Virus record (IMG/VR): IMGVR_UViG_3300008988_000001
DNA: 62,648 nt
Strand: one strand, 5' to 3'
Origin: a virus
The notes under the pieces are model-generated. The model was given only the letters and a program-made list of their open reading frames with translations. It was not told where the DNA came from and made no database searches. The translations under genes were made by a program, and so were the position numbers. This document shows positions 27,250 through 36,781 of the stretch, in pieces (the first letter of the stretch is position 1; every line of letters starts with the position of its first letter).

Positions 27250-28632
27250 CTATTTCGTCAGGATGATCGGAATTAATTTCACCGTGTCCAAGGTGTCAAA
27301 GTCCGCTATGGACAGCTTCCATCTCTTTGATTTGAGTTCATGCGACGCCACAACCTTGCCTTTTGTATCGACGGCGTACGCCTGCCGCGCCCCGTCCTCT
27401 GTCTCAAAGACCATGACCGGGCTTGTGCCGGAAATCCCCAAATAACCCTGCCGGAATCTCTTTTGATTTGGGGCTCCAAAATCAGTTTCGGTCAGAATCA
27501 CGCCCGTATGAATTGCGTTTCCCGCATCCGTCGCGCCGGTCAATTCGTAAATCCCCGTATCGTTGGCGCCGAAGGCCCGGCCCTCAAAAACACAATAGGA
27601 ATTGAAATTAAACCCGGAATACATCGAAGGTTTGAATTTCGGGGTATTCAGGACGTAGCACTCATAAACTTCGCCATCTATTTCGACGGTGACATTCATG
27701 TGCAATGAATCGTAGACCACTGAATAAAGGTGCCCGTGGCTGGTCAGCGTTTCCGTGAAGGTCAAAGGATCTGTGACCGATACGCCAATTCGCTTGATCA
27801 GGCTGGCCGTATCCGCAAGGCCAATGCTTTCCTGTAGGGCCTCGATGAACCTCAGCACAACGCTGGAAACGTCAACCACCGAAAGAGCTTCCTGAATGAG
27901 CAGGCTTAGCGCGGAAGATGGAGCATCATCCAGCGCCAACGAATCACCAACGGACTCGCCCCCGGTCCTCACGGCGTTTGCCAGTTCAGCAAAGCCCAAA
28001 TATTCGAGGACTGTTACCGTCAGGGCCATCGTGGACACGTCCGCGACATCAAACGTGTCGGAAATTGAATCTGAAATGATCTTTCCCATCTGCGCGAGGT
28101 CGTAAAGATTCAGCGTATCAGGGACGATCTCTCGGCCGTTCCAGTTATTCGACTGGGTGTCGATCAGGGCGATCCAATCGGAAATGATCAGGCCCAGGAC
28201 TTCCGAAAGGGAATCCGTGAGGGCAAGACTTTCTTCGTTTGTAACTGCCCAGCCGTGCTTTAATTCATCATAAAGCAGAATTATTTCTTCAACCGTAAAG
28301 GACAATGCCCAGTCCGATAAATCCGTAGCCGCAATACTATCCAGTATGAGCTTTAACCATCCGATTTCATGACTATCTTCCATATCCAAACTATCGTCTA
28401 CGGATTGTGGCCAGAAATACGCAGATATGTCGAAAATACCAAGTCCATCTGAGACACTTTTAGAGATAGCGCACTCAAAGAAATCGCTGATAAATACTTC
28501 TTCATCCAAGCCCGATGGCTGTAGTAATTCGGCAAGAACCGCGCAATTAGTTGATGCAGCTTCAGAAAGTCCATCTATTTGTGTTTTTGTGACTTCTAAA
28601 ATAGCGGTTGCGCTTATTGTGCTGACTTCCAT
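27250..28632 (-). CDS. Hypothetical tail protein with an acidic Asp/Ser/Leu-rich N-terminal half
   Basis: 460-aa ORF in the structural array. Confidence 0.6.
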   Translation of the reverse strand: MEVSTISATAILEVTKTQIDGLSEAASTNCAVLAELLQPSGLDEEVFISDFFECAISKSVSDGLGIFDISAYFWPQSVDDSLDMEDSHEIGWLKLILDSIAATDLSDWALSFTVEEIILLYDELKHGWAVTNEESLALTDSLSEVLGLIISDWIALIDTQSNNWNGREIVPDTLNLYDLAQMGKIISDSISDTFDVADVSTMALTVTVLEYLGFAELANAVRTGGESVGDSLALDDAPSSALSLLIQEALSVVDVSSVVLRFIEALQESIGLADTASLIKRIGVSVTDPLTFTETLTSHGHLYSVVYDSLHMNVTVEIDGEVYECYVLNTPKFKPSMYSGFNFNSYCVFEGRAFGANDTGIYELTGATDAGNAIHTGVILTETDFGAPNQKRFRQGYLGISGTSPVMVFETEDGARQAYAVDTKGKVVASHELKSKRWKLSIADFDTLDTVKLIPIILTK

Positions 28633-28638
28633 TTTGCC

Positions 28639-30153
28639 TCACCCACGTAATGACATATTTTCCATAAGAGCATCAAAAACGTCAGAAACAGTAACATCTT
28701 CGCCCATGGACCTTAACAAGCATCCGTAAAGTTCAATTTCTGCAACACGCAACTGATATGCGTCTTCTCCTGCTTGAAAGGCCCAGTAACCAGCTCCACC
28801 AGGTCTGATTTTAAAATATGTGTCTGCTACCGGTGGATAAAGAATTAACTCAACAGGATCGGGATTTCCTTCATGCGGAATATAGGGTTCTGTAAATGTT
28901 TGTCGTAATGTCCATGTGGAATTGTCTGAAGATGAATAAACCTCAAAAATAGAGTGGTTCCCGTAAACATAGTATGTTTCACCTAAAATATAATTGAGGT
29001 AAATTACTACCCGTTCAACAAGAGAAGGTTCCGCCAGCGCCGCTCCCACAGAAACACTTGGATACGAGTCCGTAACAACGGTGTCTTTTTCTTCATCTAT
29101 CAGACCAGGACTCGTAGTTAACGTTGAAGACAACGGCGTTGCGTCCCCTGATTTTATTAACCCAAGCGATGGCGCAAACTTAAATTGAGGCACCAAAGTG
29201 CCGTATATTTCTACGGCAGCACCTTGAGTGCCGGCTGATGGGCTAGCCGTAGAAGGAAACGCGCCGTAACTCTGATACTCAATACGCGCATTTGCGGCGG
29301 GAATCGTATAAACGTAAAGACTAATGTTTTCCGCCTGCGCTGCAATCCAGTAATAAGTATATTTATCAAGCACGCGAGTTGGAAATTCAGAGTAAAAATC
29401 ATCAGCATAAATACTTCCGCTATCGGCTAATAATGTTCCTGGCTCTCCATTATTATCACTGTAAATCGCTACCCTGACATGCCCAAACTCAATAGACGGC
29501 GTGAAAGGTTGGCCGACTATCCACATAAGTTCCAAGGATGACACTTGTCTCATGCACATATGTCTGGAGTAGTATATTCTTCCAGCAGCGCAACGTGACG
29601 CAGTCCCGGTTCTATTTCCAAAAACATACTCTGAAGTAAGCCCTAATCTTAAAGTAGCAAAGACCCCCGAAGCAATGGCGACTGCTTCGCCTTTTGTATT
29701 GTTGTAAAGTTGAAACTCGTATGTTTTTCCCTGTTCCCCTCCGGAAATATCACAAGCGAACTGCAATTCCGTATAACAATCAGAGCCTAAATCAATTAAT
29801 AATGATAACCCATCCTCGATTTCCTCACCGTTTTGCCACGTCATTCCTAAATAAGGAGGCGTGTAGCATTTTGAGTTTTCAAGAGTTAAGGCAGTCCCGT
29901 TAGTTAGCGTGGATGAATTTGCGTATTTAACCGCCCCAGTCGCTCCTACATCGGCCCATGTACCTCCTGCAAGCCTCCACTGTAGTTTATATGCGCCAGC
30001 AACAGTATCCCTTTCATCGTGACCAATTTGGACGGCGTAAATGAATTTATTTGCCTTATCCCAATCAACAACAAACCCATTGACAGTTGCGGCAGGGCTA
30101 CGATCATCGTTAAGGATTGCTGATGTATATAATTTAGCGTAATAATTAGGCAT
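28639..30153 (-). CDS. Tail fibre/receptor-binding candidate, possibly with a C-terminal galactose-binding-like beta-sandwich
   Basis: 504-aa ORF following paralog B. The C-terminal segment FEVYSSSDNSTW...YFKIRP...RVAEIELYG resembles the F5/8 type C pattern (weak match). Confidence 0.55.
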   Translation of the reverse strand: MPNYYAKLYTSAILNDDRSPAATVNGFVVDWDKANKFIYAVQIGHDERDTVAGAYKLQWRLAGGTWADVGATGAVKYANSSTLTNGTALTLENSKCYTPPYLGMTWQNGEEIEDGLSLLIDLGSDCYTELQFACDISGGEQGKTYEFQLYNNTKGEAVAIASGVFATLRLGLTSEYVFGNRTGTASRCAAGRIYYSRHMCMRQVSSLELMWIVGQPFTPSIEFGHVRVAIYSDNNGEPGTLLADSGSIYADDFYSEFPTRVLDKYTYYWIAAQAENISLYVYTIPAANARIEYQSYGAFPSTASPSAGTQGAAVEIYGTLVPQFKFAPSLGLIKSGDATPLSSTLTTSPGLIDEEKDTVVTDSYPSVSVGAALAEPSLVERVVIYLNYILGETYYVYGNHSIFEVYSSSDNSTWTLRQTFTEPYIPHEGNPDPVELILYPPVADTYFKIRPGGAGYWAFQAGEDAYQLRVAEIELYGCLLRSMGEDVTVSDVFDALMENMSLRG

Positions 30154-30163
30154 GGTCTTATCT

Positions 30164-30733
30164 TTATACGTCCGCCAGCGTAATGCTGCATGAAACCATC
30201 AGGACATCGTTGTCCACAACATCTTTTGCCGTTGCGAATTTACTTGAGGCAAAAAGAACGCCACCGCCGGCCGTATTGCTTTTTACGGTTGGATCAGTGC
30301 CGCCGCCGCACAAAAAAGCCCCATAGATTGTCTTCGTGGCGCTGATGGTGAATGTCGCCTTGCTTGCCGTATTGGTTGTTACTCTGGCCGTGGCCTCGGC
30401 TTCGACAAAGGCTACGCGAGTGGCTTCATCGTACGCAGCGCTTTCTGTGAATCCGGGGACTGCATAGGTATTGGTGATCAGAGGGGTATAATCATTTTCA
30501 AACAACCCCATGTACCACGTGCCGATTGCCGTCGCCCCGTGAAAGACCACGTTGAGCATGTGGTTCAGCCCCTCTGTTGTATTGACGTTCTTTTGTTCCC
30601 ATTGGTCGATCAGTTTTCCTTTTCGCCATTGCTCGAATTCCCACCACGAACCGATGGGGATAATGGATTTAACGGACGGTTTGCTGATCAGCTCAGCCCC
30701 AAACAAGGTATGAAGCGGTAATCTTGATTTCAT
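30164..30733 (-). CDS. Tail-associated protein, paralog B of 32844..33449
   Basis: Shares these blocks with paralog A: TTEG..LN..F, Y.G.F.N..TP, F....A..(I/V)YGAFL, KF.TA..V...DVL.V...IT. Confidence 0.6.
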   Translation of the reverse strand: MKSRLPLHTLFGAELISKPSVKSIIPIGSWWEFEQWRKGKLIDQWEQKNVNTTEGLNHMLNVVFHGATAIGTWYMGLFENDYTPLITNTYAVPGFTESAAYDEATRVAFVEAEATARVTTNTASKATFTISATKTIYGAFLCGGGTDPTVKSNTAGGGVLFASSKFATAKDVVDNDVLMVSCSITLADV

Positions 30734-30749
30734 GTCAATCTCTCCTTAT

Positions 30750-32840
30750 CTATGTAATGCTATTAAGCCTATCCGTGTAGGGCATATAAAAAATCCCCAA
30801 CATTTGGGCTGGTGTCGTTCCGGCCGCTGCCGCTGCCGCTGCCGTTACTTCTATTCCGTCTCTGTAAATTCTCTTAACGTCATCACCGACATCAACATAT
30901 CGCTCGACCCTATATGACTGGATAAGAACATCATCCGTATCGATATTGCTCCATGGATATGCGTAATAGCGATCATCGTAAGGATCTTCATTTGCGTATG
31001 GATTGGTTGTATTATTCCACCAGAATGGCCAGCAACTCATGCCAGCGTGGTCGTTATCCGAAACCTCCGATCCGTATGGATCGTGAAATTTTTGCGTCGC
31101 CAGCGTTCTTGTGGTGGCTGAAATAGGATAGTTTACATTATCGTAACAATCTGATGCGTCCAGCACGTCTTCTCCAATCCAGTAGAAGGGAGAAATAAAA
31201 TCACGATTAATCACCACAGGGAGATACCGAACGTCATAAATGTTCAAAATTCCATTCAAATCTCCTTCCCATGATGCCTCGGGTATCGTGTCGCATTCAG
31301 TAGTCTGCGCATCATCCGCAGCGCGTGCCTTGGTGAGATAATTATATTCAAACTCATAGTATCCAGGCTTTGATGCGACGCCATATGAATGTAGAGCTTT
31401 GGTGTAATTAATAACGCCATCTGTCCATGTTTTGCGGTCATAGGTGCCGGGATTAGTATCCAATGGCGTTAAAATACCATCACGCCCAACAAAACCAGCG
31501 GCGGGCGACGATGAAGAAGAAATAAGTGATAACGTATTATTGCTCAACGTATACCCTATCACGTGGGTTAAGCCGCCATAACTATAGGATATGTAAATAC
31601 TATTATTGTCATTGGAAAAATTGACAGACCATTGATACCTGTATGTGTTCGCATACTGTTTATGCTCATAACTAATAAAGGGCCAGTGGTACCAAGTTGT
31701 GTTTGATATCGCGCCGGTTGAGTCAGGGACCGGATACATGATATTTAATGCGGGATCGAGGATGTAATAATAACACCATGTATTGCTGACGATGGAAGGT
31801 GTCTGCTCCACGGCATTGGTAGCGTTAGCGAGCCACGCAAAAGGAGATATTGAGGCCCACCGGGCGCCTAATTGACGGCGACGGAAATCATACGCCTCGC
31901 CGTTGCTTCTTGTAAGCGACGAATTTAAGATAATTGAATTTGTGTCTGTATCTAAAGCGTAGTCTCCGGCAGTCGTCTGGACAACGAGCCATGCGTGGCC
32001 GTTGGCCAGGCCGTCCCAATGTCCTCCTTCTATGTGAATTGCAGAGGCTGGATATCCCAACGCTAATAACGCATTGGCTTTAGTTAAGGCGAAATCCTCG
32101 CAGTCTCCCGTTTCCCCGGGAGACATAATTCTCCATGTGTCTCCGCCCCCGTCCCCACTATATGTGTGTGCACCGTTCACCTGGGCATTAACTGCATTAA
32201 GGTCTGCGAATAACTCGGCGGTGGCAGTTATTTTTGTGCTGGTGGCCTGTGTAACAAGAGGATCTGTTGGGTTGGCATAGCAATAATTAACCCATCCAAT
32301 ATAGGGATTTGGATTAATATAAAGAGACGTGGCTATAAAATATAAGTCCTGTGCCACACCATCGACGTTATGCGTAAAGCGTTTTGCCTGGAATAAAACA
32401 GGATTGGTGAATGGACTCATAAAAACATCTGATTGAGTAACGGTCTTTATGAGTTCAAAAGTTCCGTCTGTGTACTTGCAATTGGCAATCTTAATAACCG
32501 AACCATCGACGTATGCAATATAATATTCAAGGCCGGTGAGAGGTTCTGTGCACCGTTTCGGCCCTCCCACATGCCCGATTACCTTAATAACCGAATTGTC
32601 GTACCTCTTTAGAACGATAACCACGTCGCCAACCGCGAACCCTGCCGCCGCGCCTTCAATCGCTCCGTTGGCCCTCATGAGAGAGCCAGGCGCGCAATGA
32701 TAGAACAGAAGGGCCGTAAGCATGCCTCCGCCAACGGATACAGAACAGGTATCCGTGGCGGAGTCTATCGTTGCTATCGTCCCCCGGAGAAGTTCAAAGT
32801 TAAGAACCTCCCCGATATTTTTGAAGTCGTGTGTCGGCAT
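30750..32840 (-). CDS. Tail fibre/spike candidate carrying a bacterial transglutaminase-like cysteine protease (BTLCP/C93-like) core
   Basis: 696-aa ORF. Residues about 205-305 read LNAVNAQVNG..Y.GD...D.W....ETGDCEDFALTKANALLALGYP....GHAWLVVQT.AGDYALDTD, an ordered Cys-His-Asp pattern. Confidence 0.75.
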   Translation of the reverse strand: MPTHDFKNIGEVLNFELLRGTIATIDSATDTCSVSVGGGMLTALLFYHCAPGSLMRANGAIEGAAAGFAVGDVVIVLKRYDNSVIKVIGHVGGPKRCTEPLTGLEYYIAYVDGSVIKIANCKYTDGTFELIKTVTQSDVFMSPFTNPVLFQAKRFTHNVDGVAQDLYFIATSLYINPNPYIGWVNYCYANPTDPLVTQATSTKITATAELFADLNAVNAQVNGAHTYSGDGGGDTWRIMSPGETGDCEDFALTKANALLALGYPASAIHIEGGHWDGLANGHAWLVVQTTAGDYALDTDTNSIILNSSLTRSNGEAYDFRRRQLGARWASISPFAWLANATNAVEQTPSIVSNTWCYYYILDPALNIMYPVPDSTGAISNTTWYHWPFISYEHKQYANTYRYQWSVNFSNDNNSIYISYSYGGLTHVIGYTLSNNTLSLISSSSSPAAGFVGRDGILTPLDTNPGTYDRKTWTDGVINYTKALHSYGVASKPGYYEFEYNYLTKARAADDAQTTECDTIPEASWEGDLNGILNIYDVRYLPVVINRDFISPFYWIGEDVLDASDCYDNVNYPISATTRTLATQKFHDPYGSEVSDNDHAGMSCWPFWWNNTTNPYANEDPYDDRYYAYPWSNIDTDDVLIQSYRVERYVDVGDDVKRIYRDGIEVTAAAAAAAGTTPAQMLGIFYMPYTDRLNSIT

Positions 32841-32843
32841 CGG

Positions 32844-33449
32844 CTAACTCGTGGTCGCAGTGATCACATAAGTTACGGCCAGCACGTCGTCCGCGATAAC
32901 CGCCCTTGCAGTTCCGAACTTCTTTGCCGCCGTCAGATATCCGGTTGTCGCCGTCTTTGCCGCCTCAGTTGAAAGAAACGCACCGTAAACCGTAATACTG
33001 GCATTCATGGTGAAGGAAGCGGCTGCTGCTGCATTCGTACATGATGCTGCTGCGGTCGTGGCAATCGTGTAACCCGGCTTGTTTGTGGCCGGGGAATCAT
33101 AATCAGCGTCCTGGCATTCGCCATACGTCCCAGCGGCTCCGAGTTTCGCCGCTGCGGTATCGCCCAGCGCCGGCGTGACATTATTCTTGAAAATCCCGAC
33201 ATAGAAGATTGCCGCTGCGGCCTTGGCCACGTCGCCAAACATGATGTTGAGCAGCCGCGCCATGCCTTCAGTCGTGAAGGTATTGTGCCCGAACTGCGTA
33301 TGAATCAGCTTGCTGTTTCGGTAATGATCGCAGGTCACACCGCCATGGAACGCCAACCCCGATTCGGTTTTGTGTTTCGCCGCATATCTCAGAGCGACGC
33401 TATCCAATAAGGGCATGATCAAATTCGGTACTCTGTGTATTAAATTCAT
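32844..33449 (-). CDS. Tail-associated protein, paralog A of 30164..30733
   Basis: 201-aa ORF with an AAAGGAGAAAG RBS. First gene after a strong terminator. Conserved blocks are listed under paralog B. Confidence 0.6.
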   Translation of the reverse strand: MNLIHRVPNLIMPLLDSVALRYAAKHKTESGLAFHGGVTCDHYRNSKLIHTQFGHNTFTTEGMARLLNIMFGDVAKAAAAIFYVGIFKNNVTPALGDTAAAKLGAAGTYGECQDADYDSPATNKPGYTIATTAAASCTNAAAAASFTMNASITVYGAFLSTEAAKTATTGYLTAAKKFGTARAVIADDVLAVTYVITATTS

Positions 33450-33474
33450 TTTCTTTCTCCTTTGTTGTTAAAAT

Positions 33475-33517
33475 TAAAAAAGCCTGCACCTATCCCTTTC
33501 GAGATAAATGCAGGCTA
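33475..33517 (-). terminator. Rho-independent terminator inside the late gene array
   Basis: Minus-strand RNA: AGCCUGCA-UU-UAUCUC-GAAA-GGGAUA-GG-UGCAGGCU, followed by UUUUUU. Confidence 0.75.
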
Positions 33518-33558
33518 ATAGTCCCGCCCAATGGCGGCTTATTCGTCCCTGTTATAGA

Positions 33559-34887
33559 TTAAATAATCACACCTCCGCGCGTAACTGTGCAAGTTGCTGA
33601 ATCAGAAAACGATGCCCTGCTGCTCATGGAATCTACCGCCTTATTAAACACATCAATTTGCCCATTTTTGAACGCATTGAATGTATCCTGATCAACGAAA
33701 CCCGCGCCGCTCCCTATTTTCCCCGCCTTAAAGCTGGTTAAAAACTGAAACACGCCCTCCATGTTCCGATACAGAGAAGCGCCACTCGCGGGAATACCGG
33801 TTTTTATTTTGTTCTTTGTCAGGTTATAAAGTTTCCCGGCCTGGTTCCCCGCTACAATCCCTTCAGCGGTCATCCAGACAGGAACATCGACAAACCCCTT
33901 TTCCGGGGTGCCTAAAGTGGAGCCAAGGTCCGGCAGATTATTGCAATAGGCCAACGTCCCTTTTATCGATCCGGATCCGGCATCGGACTGAATCATCTTT
34001 GCAGGCTCAGCACCATAAAGAAAGGTGGTCCGGTCTTCCTGCCCGATAAATAATCCTGTCGGCACTTTGGCAATCAGCGTTACAGCTGACGCGAAGCTGA
34101 ATTTATTGGAGGCCAGCTTAAACCAGCCGAACTTGTAGGGCTCGCTGTAATAAACATCCGAACCAACTGAACCCCATATCAACCCAAAGGCGTAGCAGAG
34201 GTTCTCCATAAACGGCGGAGGACTGCATAGAAACGATGGCAAAGGCTCAACGGTCGGAATGTCCACGATCTGGCTTGTGGCGCCTACGCGATAAAAAATA
34301 GATTCATCAGCGTCCGTCATCCAGACAATGGCTCCTGTAGGACGGTTTAATATCTGAATACCGCCCTCTTCTGTGAGTTCGATGTCTGTGATCGGGCCGC
34401 TCCCAGACAGTTCACCGTTCACCGCATTGGTCATTGTGACATGGTAGGTACCGGCAGGGAGATTGCCTGAACCTGCAAGGAGCATCGGGCCGGGAGGTTG
34501 CGGCACGCCCCAGGAGGCCACCGAATTGGCGGTAGGATCAAAGATTCCCTGCCAGTACGGACTTGAAATATAAACTTTGTCTTCAGCTTCGACATAAGAA
34601 AGCGGATGCTTCGGACCGGAGATCGTCCCGACATTGACGGCGGCGCCCTGGACGTTCCGGTACAAAATACCGTTCGCGGCAAACAGCATGCATGTCGTGC
34701 CCGACCAAAGGCTATGCGCGCCCGGCAGAGAAATATATGACGATTTCCCTTTCCGCATGGTGAGATTTCCGGCAAGATCAGTATCGGCATTCAGGGTAAC
34801 GCGAGGCTCCGCTATTCCCGCCTTGGAATAGAACCGGCCAATAACGTTATTTGCACCCGAAAAGCCTTTAATATCAATTTCTGCCAT
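33559..34887 (-). CDS. Hypothetical tail protein
   Basis: 442-aa ORF with an ATGA overlap with the upstream gene. Confidence 0.6.
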   Translation of the reverse strand: MAEIDIKGFSGANNVIGRFYSKAGIAEPRVTLNADTDLAGNLTMRKGKSSYISLPGAHSLWSGTTCMLFAANGILYRNVQGAAVNVGTISGPKHPLSYVEAEDKVYISSPYWQGIFDPTANSVASWGVPQPPGPMLLAGSGNLPAGTYHVTMTNAVNGELSGSGPITDIELTEEGGIQILNRPTGAIVWMTDADESIFYRVGATSQIVDIPTVEPLPSFLCSPPPFMENLCYAFGLIWGSVGSDVYYSEPYKFGWFKLASNKFSFASAVTLIAKVPTGLFIGQEDRTTFLYGAEPAKMIQSDAGSGSIKGTLAYCNNLPDLGSTLGTPEKGFVDVPVWMTAEGIVAGNQAGKLYNLTKNKIKTGIPASGASLYRNMEGVFQFLTSFKAGKIGSGAGFVDQDTFNAFKNGQIDVFNKAVDSMSSRASFSDSATCTVTRGGVII

Positions 34888-35912
34888 TAGTCACATGCCC
34901 CATCGTCTTCATAATCTCCGCCGTAATATTGAGGCGTCGCATCGATCCCGATAAAATCACAAAGGTCAGTCATGGCCTCGAAGAATTTTGCCGTATGGTA
35001 TTTTGTTCCGATTCCCCTATTGTCCTGGCCGTCCTCTATTGATTCTCCAAGAATTTCCTTACAGACATAGTGCTTTATCAGCCTCTTTTGTAAATGCTCG
35101 GGAATACCATCGGGTTCATCTGAGCCCGATACCATGGGTACGGGTTTCCGGTAATAATGAATCCAGAGATTTTCCGCCGTCGCGGGGATCCCCTGATAAT
35201 AAAGTTTCCTGCCCTTCACGGCCACACGATAAACAGAGCCGACTTCTGCCATATTGGGAGAGTTGATCTGTCTCATGAACAGCGCAAAGGCGTAATAATC
35301 ACCGCCTCGGGGTGGAGAAATCTTATTCCCGGCGCTATCCGCCACGATAAACAAATTACGCTGATAATCGTTCGGCAAAGACGCATAGGCCAGTGTCGTC
35401 GTGGCCACTGTTGAGGATTTGTAGAGATCCGGCAAAGGCGGTGATATGGATTGATCCGGCATCCGGATCCCGGCGGCAATGCTCGACACGGCATCATTGA
35501 TCTTTTCTGTCAGTTTTTCGCGCGTAAAAGCGGCATCCTGAATTATGTCATCAATCTCAGCAAGCAGGGAGTCCAGGGTAGGACCGGTCCCCAGTTCCTC
35601 CGTGTCCGCCGGAGTCTCAGCAATCGGAAGAACGCCCTCAAGTTCAGGCTGCGAGTCTAGGCTGCCTACAGCCTTGCAGGTAATCAGGTAATTATGCCCG
35701 CTCGTGCCTCCGCCGTTGACGTATCCGGAAACAACCTTTCCAATGATACTTTGCTTCGTGGCGTCCAAAATGGTGTTCGTAACATCGGCCAATGTCGATG
35801 TATCCACAACGGTGATAGTGGCGGATGAGATTGTTTCTGCAGCCTGTAGAACGGCTGTAAAATCGAAACTGATGGAAAACTTTTCACTTGGTTGTCTTGG
35901 CGAAAAACTCAT
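34887..35912 (-). CDS. Hypothetical virion protein
   Basis: 341-aa ORF, overlap-coupled on both sides. Confidence 0.6.
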   Translation of the reverse strand: MSFSPRQPSEKFSISFDFTAVLQAAETISSATITVVDTSTLADVTNTILDATKQSIIGKVVSGYVNGGGTSGHNYLITCKAVGSLDSQPELEGVLPIAETPADTEELGTGPTLDSLLAEIDDIIQDAAFTREKLTEKINDAVSSIAAGIRMPDQSISPPLPDLYKSSTVATTTLAYASLPNDYQRNLFIVADSAGNKISPPRGGDYYAFALFMRQINSPNMAEVGSVYRVAVKGRKLYYQGIPATAENLWIHYYRKPVPMVSGSDEPDGIPEHLQKRLIKHYVCKEILGESIEDGQDNRGIGTKYHTAKFFEAMTDLCDFIGIDATPQYYGGDYEDDGACD

Positions 35913-36772
35913 GCTGTTATCCTCGTAACTTTTTGTTCACCAGTAATGCGGGTTATTTTCTCCTGAGCGACAATACCGGTGATTTTTGGCGTTGAATAAA
36001 TAGCTTCCACAAACCACGCCCGGCCGCGCACAAAGGAAACACCTGATCCGGATAAAATGAATGCGCCTGGATCGGCTGACAGATGGAGAAGGGCTATTTC
36101 AATATCGGTCCCAGTGAGCGTGAATGTGCCAGAATCAAGAAGCAGTTTTGCAAATCGTTTTAAGCCGACTTCAGAACCCGATAGAGAAACATCACCGAAA
36201 AGCGCCTGAAGCTTTCGACCTCTGAGTAAATCAATCGGGGTGCCTGTTTCTGCCAAAGAACCCGGCAATAGACCGAATTTGCGGGATCTGAGTAATGTGA
36301 TTGGCTGACCGTCAATAGTAAACGAACCTTTTCCCGCCTGCAATGTGTATGTGTAACCATTCCAATAATTCAGGATTACCGCTGTGCCTGAAAGACTGAT
36401 TGCGCCATTATCCACGGCCAGATTTCGAGCGGCCCGAAGGCCTACGGATTGTCCGGATTCGATAACCGCGCCCGGCGCAACTGATAATTTTCGGGTGATT
36501 TTAAAAGCAACGGCCGTTCCTGATGTCGAGGCGCTGCCAGATGCCGCCGCGAGATGATAACCCTTTTTTAATGCGGTTGCTGTGCCTGCTGCCGCAAAGG
36601 AGCCACTGACCGCCGCCATGGTTATTTCACGCGCCGGTATCAAATCAACATCTGTGCCAGTTAAAGAAAAAGCCCCAGCGTTTGCGGAAAGGGCATAGCC
36701 CCCTCCGCCCTCCCACATATCCACGTCAAGGTTGACAAAATCCAGCAGTTCAAAATCGTTAAAGATGTTCAT
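35909..36772 (-). CDS. Repeat-containing tail protein (about 10 tandem G-x-(F/V/I)-x-L-x-G-(T/S)-x-(V/I) units)
   Basis: Units GAFSLTGTDVDL, GSFAAAGTATAL, GSASTSGTAVAF, GAVIESGQSVGL, GAISLSGTAVIL, GSFTIDGQPITL, GSLAETGTPIDL, GDVSLSGSEVGL, GTFTLTGTDIEI and GAFILSGSGVSF recur every 20-30 aa. Confidence 0.6.
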   Translation of the reverse strand: MNIFNDFELLDFVNLDVDMWEGGGGYALSANAGAFSLTGTDVDLIPAREITMAAVSGSFAAAGTATALKKGYHLAAASGSASTSGTAVAFKITRKLSVAPGAVIESGQSVGLRAARNLAVDNGAISLSGTAVILNYWNGYTYTLQAGKGSFTIDGQPITLLRSRKFGLLPGSLAETGTPIDLLRGRKLQALFGDVSLSGSEVGLKRFAKLLLDSGTFTLTGTDIEIALLHLSADPGAFILSGSGVSFVRGRAWFVEAIYSTPKITGIVAQEKITRITGEQKVTRITA

Positions 36773-36781
36773 CCCGCACCT

